In this document: positions 44,603 through 54,736 of the stretch, one piece after another
How the letters are laid out: each line of letters opens with the position of its first letter
How positions within the stretch are numbered: position 1 is the stretch's first letter
DNA from: a virus
Taxonomy: Duplodnaviria > Caudoviricetes
DNA: 57,273 bases
Virus record (IMG/VR): IMGVR_UViG_3300025127_000044
Location: 1 to 57,273 of that record
Strand: one strand, 5' to 3'
Program-made: the position numbers and the translations under genes
The notes under the pieces: model-generated
Seen by the model: the letters and a program-made list of their open reading frames with translations, nothing else
Database searches by the model: none
Told to the model about the DNA's origin: nothing

Positions 44603-44630
44603 GACGGAGAGCGAGGGATTCGATCTCTCG
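44603..44630 (-). other. Putative attP: 3' end of a tRNA-Ser
   Basis: Minus strand CGAGAGA-TCGAATCCCTCGCTCTCCGTC = T-loop, T-stem 3' strand, acceptor strand and discriminator G; adjacent to the integrase. Confidence 0.8.
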
Positions 44631-44927
44631 GAATTGACGTGGCTAAAAGAACAATAGCATGGAACTATCGGAAAAAACATAAGGCTAACTAATCAGTTAA
44701 TGGTTATTTTTTCCACAGTCGTAAGCCTCGTATCGGAATCTCGTCGCTGATAAAATAAAGTATATCTTCATTCACAAATAACATGAGAATGGCAGGTAGT
44801 CCGCAGGCTTTAAAAATACTTGTAAATACAGGAGAAGGTTGTGCCACAAAACCCAAGCAATACCCCGCTAAGCCCAATGGGGGCTTCAGCCACGGCCCGC
44901 CGCTCAAAAGAAGTTACGCATGAGTAC

Positions 44928-45224
44928 ATGATTGAATTTACACCCGAAGAGCTGAAAAAATCAAAAATTCATGTAGTCGCCAGAGGAGTAGATAAAAACT
45001 CGTTTGACGATAAAGGGCTTCCAAGTGATATACACCTTGTTCAATATAAAGTAGCCGGCCAAATATACACTGATGTAGTACGCGCTTATACTAAAGTAAA
45101 CATTTTTGATGAATACTATCAAAAAGTAAAAGATATAAATGGAGAGTTTGTATCAATTGAAAATGGATATGGAAATGTTAGGCCTAACCTTTATGGAAAA
45201 ATTGGTAAGACAAAAGAAAGTTAG
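44928..45224 (+). CDS. Hypothetical protein
   Basis: MIEFTPEELKK...LPSDIHLVQY...IFDEYY. Confidence 0.7.
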   Translation: MIEFTPEELKKSKIHVVARGVDKNSFDDKGLPSDIHLVQYKVAGQIYTDVVRAYTKVNIFDEYYQKVKDINGEFVSIENGYGNVRPNLYGKIGKTKES

Positions 45225-45463
45225 AAGTCATCATTTTCATCACATTTGCAGTTAGTTTTTTTCTTATCCTTACCCGCTTCTACACGAGATATTCCGTAAC
45301 TGGCCAAAACAGTAGTAACGAGTGAACTAATAAAAGCTGCATCTACATTTTTTGCCATATTAAAATAGCTTGCTGTTAGAACACTCAAGGCCCAAATAAG
45401 CACACCTGCTGGTACAAAATTGACTAGAATATTTCTGACCCAGCTGTTTTCGTTATTCGGCAT
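45221..45463 (-). CDS. Small two-TM membrane protein (holin-like)
   Basis: Two hydrophobic helices, charged C-terminus. Confidence 0.7.
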   Translation of the reverse strand: MPNNENSWVRNILVNFVPAGVLIWALSVLTASYFNMAKNVDAAFISSLVTTVLASYGISRVEAGKDKKKTNCKCDENDDF

Positions 45464-45505
45464 TTTTAACCTTTAGAATATATGAATAGAGTTAATTTAT
45501 GCCCA

Positions 45506-45880
45506 ATGAGCACGTTTAAAACCCTATTCTTATTATTGCTGATTGGCTCACCAGTTTATGCCCAAGGTGCTCCTCAGTTTTCAACAGGCAGCATGACGCA
45601 AACTGTGACGACAACCCAGACTATTGAAGAAGTCTCTAATGTTGAAAGGTTTGGCGCATCTGTTGGTACATGGAGCGGCGACAACGTAACGACAGTCGAT
45701 TCAACTGCTACTGATATTGATATTGAGGTTGAAGGCGTCAGCTTCCAAATTATTGACGATAGTAAGCCATGGCAATTAGAAGTAATTTCAAGAGAAGCCG
45801 GCTTGATCGAAACGATCGATACAGAGCGCACAATTACAACCGATTCAGTTACAAATACCTTGTCGGTCTTCTCTCAATAA
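45506..45880 (+). CDS. Secreted Thr-rich protein
   Basis: Signal peptide, PQFSTGSM, ends SVFSQ. Confidence 0.75.
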   Translation: MSTFKTLFLLLLIGSPVYAQGAPQFSTGSMTQTVTTTQTIEEVSNVERFGASVGTWSGDNVTTVDSTATDIDIEVEGVSFQIIDDSKPWQLEVISREAGLIETIDTERTITTDSVTNTLSVFSQ

Positions 45881-46428
45881 TTCTCTGCGGATTACCTGTC
45901 AAGGCTGATATTCAACAAGCAGACGATACAAATGTCAGTGCAACGCCACAAGCCGCTATAACGGGCTCAGTGGCCAACCAGGCGGTACAAATTAATCAAG
46001 GAAGTCTTAGTACGCAATCCTTTAAACAGGGGCATTTTTGCAATGGTCCTGTGCTGAGTTTTGCTCCTTATATTATGCAGACAGAAAACCCTGGTTCGTT
46101 GTCGCGTAATATTGGCGGGCAAATGAGCATTTCTGTGCCACTTGATGGTAGTTCAGTCGAGCTTTGCAAAGAGCTAGGGCGAATTAGTATTCAGAAATCT
46201 AGACTTGATTACGAATTAGTGAGAATAAAAGAGTGCATTAATATCTATCAAGAAGGATTCAGGATCAGGCCTGGTACGCCTTTTTACGAGATCTGCTCCG
46301 ACGTTGTGCCGCTCGCTGCCGCGCCCAAGAAAGTGGTTGCTCCTTCCCGCGAGCCTTCGCCAACTTCTTCAGAACAAAAGTTATCACCGGCTTCGCAACC
46401 TGAGTCAAGCGTTGAAAAATCGCAGTAG
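45769..46428 (+). CDS. Secreted/membrane hypothetical protein
   Basis: NQAVQIN, RLDYELVRIKEC; start uncertain. Confidence 0.7.
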   Translation: MAIRSNFKRSRLDRNDRYRAHNYNRFSYKYLVGLLSIILCGLPVKADIQQADDTNVSATPQAAITGSVANQAVQINQGSLSTQSFKQGHFCNGPVLSFAPYIMQTENPGSLSRNIGGQMSISVPLDGSSVELCKELGRISIQKSRLDYELVRIKECINIYQEGFRIRPGTPFYEICSDVVPLAAAPKKVVAPSREPSPTSSEQKLSPASQPESSVEKSQ

Positions 46429-46855
46429 CTGCTAATGTCCCGCCTACCGATGCAACAGAAGCAATTGTTGCTGTTGTTGCTGCCGTTACGATAATTTCGG
46501 GTTTAGGGACAGGGACTTCAACATTAATGATAGGGATATCAACTGTCTGGACTTCTTTAAATTCAGATGTTGGTGGTGTTAAAGGTGCTGGAGCGGTTGG
46601 CTCTGGCATCTTATTGCTCTCACTTGTATTGTTAGAAGTGTTCTTTTTCTCTGTTACTGGCTTTGTTTCGGATTTTGTTTCTGATGAAGTTTCTGAACTT
46701 GTCTTAAGTTTTTGAGGGACATCCTCGCGATAAATAATTATGGGTTCCCACAGAGGTTCAATGTACTCAGGAGCCTCGTACTCGAAACTTGGCAGTGGTA
46801 CTGCTTTAGGCAGTTCTGCAGCTGGTGGAATTGGTGTGAGTGGCCAGGTTTTCAA
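46265..46855 (-). CDS. Pro-rich membrane-associated protein
   Basis: PVPKPEIIVTAATTATIASV hydrophobic segment. Confidence 0.7.
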   Translation of the reverse strand: MKTWPLTPIPPAAELPKAVPLPSFEYEAPEYIEPLWEPIIIYREDVPQKLKTSSETSSETKSETKPVTEKKNTSNNTSESNKMPEPTAPAPLTPPTSEFKEVQTVDIPIINVEVPVPKPEIIVTAATTATIASVASVGGTLAATAIFQRLTQVAKPVITFVLKKLAKARGKEQPLSWARQRAAQRRSRSRKKAYQA

Positions 46856-47010
46856 GATTGATCATCCGCCTTAACTGTTGGAATGTCGAGAGGATCTTTT
46901 TCACCTCCAATGATTGCTGCCGCTCTTTTGTAATAGAAAGAATCAGTTTTTCCTGCTTCCTCCAGGGCCTCTTTAATTTTTTTCCAATTGTCTAATGTGT
47001 TTTTATCCAT
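46852..47010 (-). CDS. Small cyanophage-type hypothetical protein
   Basis: NWKKIKEALEEAGKTDSFYYKRA. Confidence 0.75.
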   Translation of the reverse strand: MDKNTLDNWKKIKEALEEAGKTDSFYYKRAAAIIGGEKDPLDIPTVKADDQS

Positions 47011-47278
47011 TGGGATTAGCGATAAGGTGATCCATTTCAGCTGATATTTGATCACTGAGTGCGCTCACTTGTGCACATGCCCCCAGAATTAAACCACGCT
47101 GATTAGGAGTTAAATCTGCATCAACAGCATCTTCTGAAAGTACCTCAGAGATCTCACCGAGTGTCATAATGATCTCAGGAAGCCCCCATTTTTCAATTAG
47201 TGAATTAAGCACTGATAATAGAGGCCTATCGCCACTTTCAACTAACTCCCAAAACAGTCGTCGGCTTTCTGAATCCAT
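47003..47278 (-). CDS. Hypothetical protein
   Basis: 91 aa ORF. Confidence 0.75.
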   Translation of the reverse strand: MDSESRRLFWELVESGDRPLLSVLNSLIEKWGLPEIIMTLGEISEVLSEDAVDADLTPNQRGLILGACAQVSALSDQISAEMDHLIANPNG

Positions 47279-47311
47279 ATGAGAATATACCCAGTAACTA
47301 TATTTTAATCA

Positions 47312-47548
47312 CTACATGGCAACTTTCTTACGAGGACGTTTCAGTTTTGGTTTTTCAGGCGCTTCCTTTACCTCTGATTTAACTTCTGGTGTTTCATCTA
47401 CTGCTTCATCTTCTGGTTCAAACTCAAGAGTATCAAGCAGTTGGAATACCACTGAAGCAGCAAAATTTAACAATGTTTTGTCGTCAGAAATACGAGCTGC
47501 GGAAAAAGTATTGATTGCTGAAATCAATTCAGAACGTTTACAAGCCAT
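47312..47548 (-). CDS. Hypothetical protein
   Basis: 78 aa ORF. Confidence 0.75.
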   Translation of the reverse strand: MACKRSELISAINTFSAARISDDKTLLNFAASVVFQLLDTLEFEPEDEAVDETPEVKSEVKEAPEKPKLKRPRKKVAM

Positions 47549-47583
47549 GTTTATTATGGAATTCCTTACTAATCTAACTAATA

Positions 47584-49485
47584 TTATTTATTTTCGAGCT
47601 GTTTTACCTTTGCTTCTAGACTTTCAATTCTTTCCATTGCTTCTTGCAAAGCGCCAAGAGCCTTTAAATGCAAAACTGAATATTTTACGCTTTGCGTCTG
47701 AGTGCCTGTCTTTTGAATAACCTGGGTAGTCTTTTGATTTCCTAACTCATCAAATACAGGTAAACCATGCTCATCAAATTCTGGAGTTGTAATTTTTTGA
47801 ACATCATCTTTGACTTCTACAAGTGATGGGCAGTTGGCGCGTAAATCTTGAGCGATGACACCGAGATATTTACTATCTCCAAATCCGTACGACGGTTTAA
47901 AGTTATAGTTCACTAAATTAATATTTTTAATATCTTTCCATTGTGATGATGCTTCTACAATATTAGTTTTAAACTTTTTATCTGAAATTGCTCCATATGA
48001 GTTATTGATATTCACTATATCTCCATTGGCGTTAATTGCCATCTTATTGGCTGCAAATACAGCTTCTCCATTGCCTGCTATTGATGCATTCACAGAGCCT
48101 CCCTGTGAAATCTTTAATCCAAAATCGTTAGCCAAAGCAACTGAGGCATTAACACTATCTGTGCTATTAATCCCATCGCAGCTCACATTATTTGTAAATG
48201 TACCTGAACCTTGCACAACAGCATCTGAATTGCTTGTAATTAATCCGACTGTGCAATCGCCACTAATAGATGCAGATCCGGCTGTAATACTTTGCGTGAC
48301 GCTAGCGGCATCAGCATTTACGGCTCCAGTAAAAGTGGCTGTACTTCCAGATACGGCACCGTAATCAGATGCAGTGACGTTACCGCTAAAGTTAGCCGAA
48401 CTTCCTGAAACTGCTCCAGTCGCACTAACTGCTCCAGTTACGCTAATGTCACTTCCGAATGTAGCACCATGAGAGCTTGTAATGTTACCACTCAAATCTA
48501 ATGATTGCCCCGTAATTGAGCCTAAGTCCGCTGACGTAGTAGATACTGAATTGCAAGTCAAATCACCAACAGTTGTTGTGCCAGCTTGGTTAATACCATA
48601 GCTGCTGATTTTAAGGTCTCCTCCAATTAGCACATCACCAGAACTATTAAATTTAGTGGCAGAGACTTCGTTAGAGTAATTTGCGGTTCCATCCTGCCCT
48701 AATGAAATAGCAGGTGCAGGAACTGCTGCAGTCAACGATCCACCAATATAAACAGTACCGTTTGTTGCTACTCCAAAATTCAAAACATCTGATTCATCTT
48801 TAACTCGAATTGGAAACATCGAATTGGGAATGCCAGCATATGAAGCTAAGGAGCCTCCGCCTGCACTAATAAATGGAGCCGCAAGCTCACCGTCATTCAG
48901 TTCTATATTGTTAAATTGTGCATTACCAGCCCCGGTAATGTTGGAGGTAACTACACCACTAGCACTATAGCCCTCATAAACATTATTGTCATTACTACCT
49001 ATTTGTTTTGCATATAGTTTGCCTCCTTTCAATCCACCGCCATTTTTTGTTGATGCATCTGCTGTCGGATCATCTATATCAAATGTACCTACTTGTAAAT
49101 CACCGGCAAGGGATACATCACCTGATTGATGATTTAAATCTATGCGCGGATTTCCTAAATTGTCCTCTAGAGTTATTGATCCGTTAAAGGAATCACCAGT
49201 ACGTTTGATATAAGGACCCATCCATTCTGAAAGTGCGTTTCCCCGGATAAGTCTGCCATTTTCATCAACACCTAGGATAGCTTCGCCCAAGCCAGATAAG
49301 CCGGTGAGTGTAAGATCACCAGACATAATATCGCCAGATGTATTGATGTAGGCGTCATCAACTACATTCTGTGAATTTGCTTTCCAAAAGCCAGAAGGTG
49401 GATTTCCTGAGTATTGATATAGAACACCATCCTTATCAAAAATCTCTCCATTTGCTTGTGGTTCTGGAAAATTAATCTGAGCCAT
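47584..49485 (-). CDS. Tail fibre protein with C-terminal intramolecular chaperone (peptidase S74-like)
   Basis: Gly/Ser/Thr beta repeats; SDKKFKTNI cleavage motif; GVIAQ; terminal coiled coil. Confidence 0.88.
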   Translation of the reverse strand: MAQINFPEPQANGEIFDKDGVLYQYSGNPPSGFWKANSQNVVDDAYINTSGDIMSGDLTLTGLSGLGEAILGVDENGRLIRGNALSEWMGPYIKRTGDSFNGSITLEDNLGNPRIDLNHQSGDVSLAGDLQVGTFDIDDPTADASTKNGGGLKGGKLYAKQIGSNDNNVYEGYSASGVVTSNITGAGNAQFNNIELNDGELAAPFISAGGGSLASYAGIPNSMFPIRVKDESDVLNFGVATNGTVYIGGSLTAAVPAPAISLGQDGTANYSNEVSATKFNSSGDVLIGGDLKISSYGINQAGTTTVGDLTCNSVSTTSADLGSITGQSLDLSGNITSSHGATFGSDISVTGAVSATGAVSGSSANFSGNVTASDYGAVSGSTATFTGAVNADAASVTQSITAGSASISGDCTVGLITSNSDAVVQGSGTFTNNVSCDGINSTDSVNASVALANDFGLKISQGGSVNASIAGNGEAVFAANKMAINANGDIVNINNSYGAISDKKFKTNIVEASSQWKDIKNINLVNYNFKPSYGFGDSKYLGVIAQDLRANCPSLVEVKDDVQKITTPEFDEHGLPVFDELGNQKTTQVIQKTGTQTQSVKYSVLHLKALGALQEAMERIESLEAKVKQLENK

Positions 49486-49658
49486 CTAGCTGCCACATTT
49501 TACTACTTTAATTTTATCTAATATCTGACTTCAATTTATTTGCCGGATGCCCTATAGGATAAGTACTCGCAGGTACTCTGGGCAACTCAGACACTTTGAT
49601 GTACATAATAAAAAAAGCTCGCCATTGCTGACGAGCTGTGTAGGGTTAATTGGGTTAA

Positions 49659-49841
49659 TCAGACTGATTTGATCGGTGTGTATTTACCGTCAGCCGCCAG
49701 CATAAATCCGACGGGCTCAAAATCAGGCTGTGACGTCAGTTCGTAGATATCAAGGCCAGCAACAGGTGTTTCTGATCCATATTTACGAATCAACTCTTCC
49801 GTTGTAATCATTTTGTTTTCAGGTTGGAAGTAGTACTTCAT
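49659..49841 (-). CDS. Small hypothetical protein
   Basis: 60 aa, coupled to the upstream fibre gene. Confidence 0.55.
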   Translation of the reverse strand: MKYYFQPENKMITTEELIRKYGSETPVAGLDIYELTSQPDFEPVGFMLAADGKYTPIKSV

Positions 49842-52800
49842 CAGGCATCTCCAGTTTTAAAGGTGTTGTATACAGATTCGACTGATGGTGCATTAGTTGA
49901 ATCGTATTGAACTTTGATTCTATAGAACGTATTGGGCTGAAGTGTGGGCTTGTTCTCTGTCCACGGCGTTGCACCTGTTTGTGTGCTGAGAACACCGTAG
50001 TCGGCATAGGTGTCAATAAGCGTCCAAGGACCAGTTGCCGTTGTACCAGACTCCAGAGTCCAGGTACGACTTGCAAGAGTTGCATCCACACCACTGAATG
50101 CAGGTGTTCCCTGATTCTGAGAGGTGAAGGTGATTTCACTTGGCCCTGGAGGTGCAGCATTAATTTGTGAACCTTCGATAGAGAGTCCTGTACGCCAGGG
50201 ACCTGTTGCACCGTTGAGGTACATCGTTGTCCCATCTGTTTCAACAATCTCTGTTGCAGCTGCCACGAGTGCATCGAGTGCGACTTGTGTGTCACCATTG
50301 GCATCGGCTTCAGGTGTCGTGTTTAGTGGATTTCCAGCAATGGCCATGTATATATAAGTCTCACCATTTCCGTTGCTTTGAGTGTGGCTACCTCTTAGTT
50401 TAAATCCATTAGACAACACATCAATTATATTTGCTGTGCCAGTATCCTCCGCACCAGAAGTGTTTGCATACAACCTCTCAACTGCCGGATTACCATCTGA
50501 ACGTTCAGTGTCATAAATGGCCCAATTACCGGCATTGCTGATCTTCTTAATCAGAACCCAGGCTGGTTTAAAGTTGGTGTAAACAAACGGCCCATCAGTA
50601 GAACCGTTGCCGCTGTATTTGCCCATAGCTGAAAATTGAGATACTGGGCTGAAACAGTAGCTGATCATTTCATCGCCGCTAGTGTGGTTTACCGCTGTGC
50701 CCGCATCACCAACAGTAAACACGCTCGATGTTGGTAATGCACCCCACCACGTTGAACTTCCGCCACTGTAATCAGCAACAGCACCTGCACCATTCAAATA
50801 AAAGACTTTTTGGGTTGTAGTTGTCGCATCTTTATGATAGACCGTCCAATTAGTTGCTCGATCAAGATTTTTGAAAATCATGAATGCTGGGGTGGTTCCG
50901 AGGCCGTGCCCAATAGATTGATCTTCCGATCCATTACATGTCCACTTCACGATCGAGAACCCAGCCGCCGGATTGGCGCGGACTTGTGATGCCATTGATG
51001 GGACGGCATCAACACTGACGCCGGGGTCAACTAACATCTTGCCATCAACTTCTATTCCATAGAGATACAAACCTGCGGCACTCGCACTTGTCCTCTCTAT
51101 AGTAATACTACTTAATGAGCCAGAAAAACTCGTAGAGCTTGCAGGTATCGGAAGCGACGGGGGGTGACTAAGATCATTGTAAAGTGCAGTTGTTGCTTCG
51201 TTGTTAACGTTCCACGTTGCAGAACTCGCAGCACCACCAATTACTCCATATAAAGTAACTGTGTTTGATACTGTTAAAGCTGGGCTAAAAGTAATGGTTA
51301 CTTCGACATCGCTAGCGTTGGCGTTGGCGTGTGCATAAGTTGACAGATCACCATTAAACAGGTTGGTCACATTTAACCAGTTGCCACTATTACCCGTTGT
51401 AACAGCATTATTTGACCAAGTCTGACTTTGATCGTAAATAGAACTCGTCAGATCACCAGCAGCAATTGTTTCTGTGGTGTCACCAGCATTCCATGCCCAG
51501 GCTACATACGGGGAGTTATTAGTGTTTATGCCAATACCTGCGCCAAGAGTAAAGCCATCAGAATCAAAAGAAGCTAAATTGTCGTTGCTATTGGGTTGAG
51601 ATGTTTCAGCATCAGTTGTGTTTGAATAAAGCAAGCCGCCAGTGCCACGAACGGTATCAAAGAACCTATGGTTATAGGCTAGACTTCTTGGTTTTATCCA
51701 GAGAAGGTCTGGGCTGAAATTGAGACCGCTGATTGCTTGTGTACCACCATTTCCGGTGTATTCAACAATCCCAAAATGATCTGTGCTGTCTTTGATTGCT
51801 GCCTCGGGGAAGTTAGCCAGGGTGAGAGCTTCGAAATCACTTACTGGGTACGCAAACGTAAGTTGGCCGAAGTTTACTTTTTGTGCACCTGCGTCAAATA
51901 CTCCAAATACAGGAATGTATTCATCATAAAGCCCAGTAAATGCTACGCCTTGAGACACGCCATTGATGTAAAATGTGAGGGTTCCAGCATCAGCGTCAAA
52001 AGCAAGGCCAATAATATCACCACTTGTTATTGGAGAACCATAGCCGATAGAAACATTACCAGGTCCTCGGTACTTATTACCATCTGCTGCATATACTCCC
52101 CAAAAATTCAAGAGGTGGCTTGGATAAGTGTATGCACTGGCAATGTGGTTATCTGAAGCAAGGCAAATGCCTGGGTGTGTATTACCTCCGCCCGCTTGAA
52201 CCTCCCAATACCATTTACCTGATGTTGGAAGTTTAAATCCTCCATAAGCACAGTTCCAAGAATTTGCACCGGTAATTTCTAGATTACCATTTGCAATGGT
52301 AGTGCTAGAACCCTTAAGCAATTGATTCAAGGTCGCATGATTGGAAGTTGGTGAGTCTGCAACGCTGGCGTTAGTTAGGTTATTAACAGTCCAGTCGTTA
52401 CTGCCCGCTGCATCATATCCCAATGCGGCATCACTGCTTGAATCGCTGAAATTCAAGTTGAAGCCATTTGTGCCATAACTAGAAATATCTGCTTCCTTAG
52501 CTTGCCAGACCCCATTGCTGTCAAAATCACCAAATGCAGTCGGAGCAAGTGCTTGGCCGTCGATGAAGTGTACGTCGGCTAAATACATGTCAGATAAAGA
52601 CCAAGCAGCGTAACTGTTTATTGCTCCCATCGACATCCTATAGGACGAATTGATCCCAAGATCTGCATTTTCAGATGGGTAGTTAGTGTAACTATAGGTT
52701 ACTTCAGTTCCATTGACGTAGATTTTTACTCTTTCCGCAGGAGTTGATTGTGTAGTGTCAACCGCAACAACTATATGATACCAAGCATTTGGGTCTCTAA

Positions 52801-54736
52801 ATGCATTCGCGGCCGTTCCAACATGGATTCCGTACCCATAAAAGAAACTAAGCCCGTCAGCGCCAGTTCCCGTGCCAGTGCCACCAGAAAAAGTGAGGTA
52901 GTAATTGGCACCTGGAGACGCTGATCCTGAGAAGAGAACACACTCTTCGCCGAAATTAACTCTTTTTACCCACCCGCTCCAAGTCCATGTCTTTTGGTTA
53001 CCTGCAGACGAAGGCGTCCAGTGCATGTAAGACGAATCGGCTGAGTTAAATCTCAAGGACTTAGAAATTTCATAGGTACTACCTGATCCATCAGCACCCA
53101 GCCAACTACCACCATCAACAGTGATGCTGGGAGCAGCTGCGTCTACAGAAACAACCTGAACGCCAGTCTGAACTTCATCGCCAGGCTGGAAGTATGCAAG
53201 GTTAGTGTCTCCCTGAAGAGTCAGAACATTACCGCTGACGCTCGCAATGGTGTCACTGACAGGAGTGACGACATCACCGTTTGCATCCGTCATCTCAAGA
53301 GGTCCAACCATGTTGGCTAGCTGAGTGCTGTCAGTGAAGGTCAGGGACTTTTCGTAGCTAATCTGACTGGTCAAACGATCACTGGTTGTCCATGTGCCGC
53401 CATCTACCGTGACAGTCGGCGGTGTTGCGGCAGCGTCAATGGCTGTGATTTCTACTGCTGCCTCAATCGATCCACCAACAGGCATTTCAAGTGTATAAGG
53501 AGGATTCCAATTGCTTATGAATGAAGGTTGAAGTGTATATTGTGCCCAATCAGAGAAGGGGTATCCTGGAGTTTGAGCGCCAATTAGGAAATACTTGGCA
53601 TTAGGGTTATTTGAACTAAGTGTCCGCGCCATCGCTGCGCCTCCACTATGTGTAGTCCCTTGTACCCAGTTGACACCATCAACAGAAGAATGTGTAACCC
53701 ATCCAGATCCCCCCATGTTTACTTCAACATCACTTGTTGGATCACTTAAATAGAAACACAAAGATTTATATTTAGTTGCGTGATCAAAAGTAGAAGGGGT
53801 TTGAGAGCTGGTACTTGTTACATTGACTGATTCAAAATTTTCGATAACGAAGTCTGTTCCGCCCGCTGAATGTGTTGCAATCATTACAGGCGATTCTACT
53901 GTTCCACCTTGCACCACATCACCAACCGACAGTCCACTGAAGTTTGTGTTGGTGGGGAATGAAAGAACTTTTTTAACACTACTACCAATAATGAAGTGTT
54001 CAGCACCATCTTGATCTAACAGTGAAACTCTTCCGCCTACGCTCAACACTTTCAGTTTTGCAACTGTGCCCAGAGGGTAGGGTTGGAATAGGCAGGTATA
54101 TGTAGTGGTTCCTTGGCATTGATTGTATCCTCCACCATTAAAGAAAGACACCCAACCATAACTGTTGTTATAAGGGGTTCCGTTGTATGAAATGAGAGAT
54201 ACCTGCGCGGCAGCCACCAAGTCGACATTGTTGAGAGTAAAACCACTTAGGTTAGAGGTGTATGGATATCCAGAAACATTATCTAAGTAAAGGTTTATTC
54301 CAGTGATAGCAGTGACACCTCTTGCCGCAAGTTCCGTTGCAAAATTGATGTCGGTATTGGCAAATGAAGGAGAAGAACCATCTGCGATATTCCAAGAAGC
54401 AATAGGAGCTTCAACAGCAACACTTAGAATTTCATCAGTATCTTTGGCAATCGTGCCGTTTTCTCCCACTGCAGTGATGGCACTTGAGACAGGCTCATAG
54501 GTAGTAAACTCAGTGATACCTGCACCGTTGACTGGCGTAAGAACTTCAACAGGGGGGATAATTAAACCATTGGCACCTGTTGAGACGTGTTGCGCTTCTA
54601 CCTTGTATTGGACTCCGCCACGTTCTACGAGCAGGAGATCGTCGTCGTTTAGTGTACTCATTTGATCGTATGTGATTTGGTATTGGACTCCGTTGCGTTC
54701 AACGAGTAATAGATCTGTATCATTTATTGTGCTCAT
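49841..54736 (-). CDS. Large tail fibre/adhesin with LamG- and SPRY-like domains
   Basis: SLRFN..WTWSGWVKR..WYHIVVAVD; SGKWYWEV..DIIGLAFDAD; YTGNG and FSPDLLWIK units. Confidence 0.85.
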   Translation of the reverse strand: MSTINDTDLLLVERNGVQYQITYDQMSTLNDDDLLLVERGGVQYKVEAQHVSTGANGLIIPPVEVLTPVNGAGITEFTTYEPVSSAITAVGENGTIAKDTDEILSVAVEAPIASWNIADGSSPSFANTDINFATELAARGVTAITGINLYLDNVSGYPYTSNLSGFTLNNVDLVAAAQVSLISYNGTPYNNSYGWVSFFNGGGYNQCQGTTTYTCLFQPYPLGTVAKLKVLSVGGRVSLLDQDGAEHFIIGSSVKKVLSFPTNTNFSGLSVGDVVQGGTVESPVMIATHSAGGTDFVIENFESVNVTSTSSQTPSTFDHATKYKSLCFYLSDPTSDVEVNMGGSGWVTHSSVDGVNWVQGTTHSGGAAMARTLSSNNPNAKYFLIGAQTPGYPFSDWAQYTLQPSFISNWNPPYTLEMPVGGSIEAAVEITAIDAAATPPTVTVDGGTWTTSDRLTSQISYEKSLTFTDSTQLANMVGPLEMTDANGDVVTPVSDTIASVSGNVLTLQGDTNLAYFQPGDEVQTGVQVVSVDAAAPSITVDGGSWLGADGSGSTYEISKSLRFNSADSSYMHWTPSSAGNQKTWTWSGWVKRVNFGEECVLFSGSASPGANYYLTFSGGTGTGTGADGLSFFYGYGIHVGTAANAFRDPNAWYHIVVAVDTTQSTPAERVKIYVNGTEVTYSYTNYPSENADLGINSSYRMSMGAINSYAAWSLSDMYLADVHFIDGQALAPTAFGDFDSNGVWQAKEADISSYGTNGFNLNFSDSSSDAALGYDAAGSNDWTVNNLTNASVADSPTSNHATLNQLLKGSSTTIANGNLEITGANSWNCAYGGFKLPTSGKWYWEVQAGGGNTHPGICLASDNHIASAYTYPSHLLNFWGVYAADGNKYRGPGNVSIGYGSPITSGDIIGLAFDADAGTLTFYINGVSQGVAFTGLYDEYIPVFGVFDAGAQKVNFGQLTFAYPVSDFEALTLANFPEAAIKDSTDHFGIVEYTGNGGTQAISGLNFSPDLLWIKPRSLAYNHRFFDTVRGTGGLLYSNTTDAETSQPNSNDNLASFDSDGFTLGAGIGINTNNSPYVAWAWNAGDTTETIAAGDLTSSIYDQSQTWSNNAVTTGNSGNWLNVTNLFNGDLSTYAHANANASDVEVTITFSPALTVSNTVTLYGVIGGAASSATWNVNNEATTALYNDLSHPPSLPIPASSTSFSGSLSSITIERTSASAAGLYLYGIEVDGKMLVDPGVSVDAVPSMASQVRANPAAGFSIVKWTCNGSEDQSIGHGLGTTPAFMIFKNLDRATNWTVYHKDATTTTQKVFYLNGAGAVADYSGGSSTWWGALPTSSVFTVGDAGTAVNHTSGDEMISYCFSPVSQFSAMGKYSGNGSTDGPFVYTNFKPAWVLIKKISNAGNWAIYDTERSDGNPAVERLYANTSGAEDTGTANIIDVLSNGFKLRGSHTQSNGNGETYIYMAIAGNPLNTTPEADANGDTQVALDALVAAATEIVETDGTTMYLNGATGPWRTGLSIEGSQINAAPPGPSEITFTSQNQGTPAFSGVDATLASRTWTLESGTTATGPWTLIDTYADYGVLSTQTGATPWTENKPTLQPNTFYRIKVQYDSTNAPSVESVYNTFKTGDA

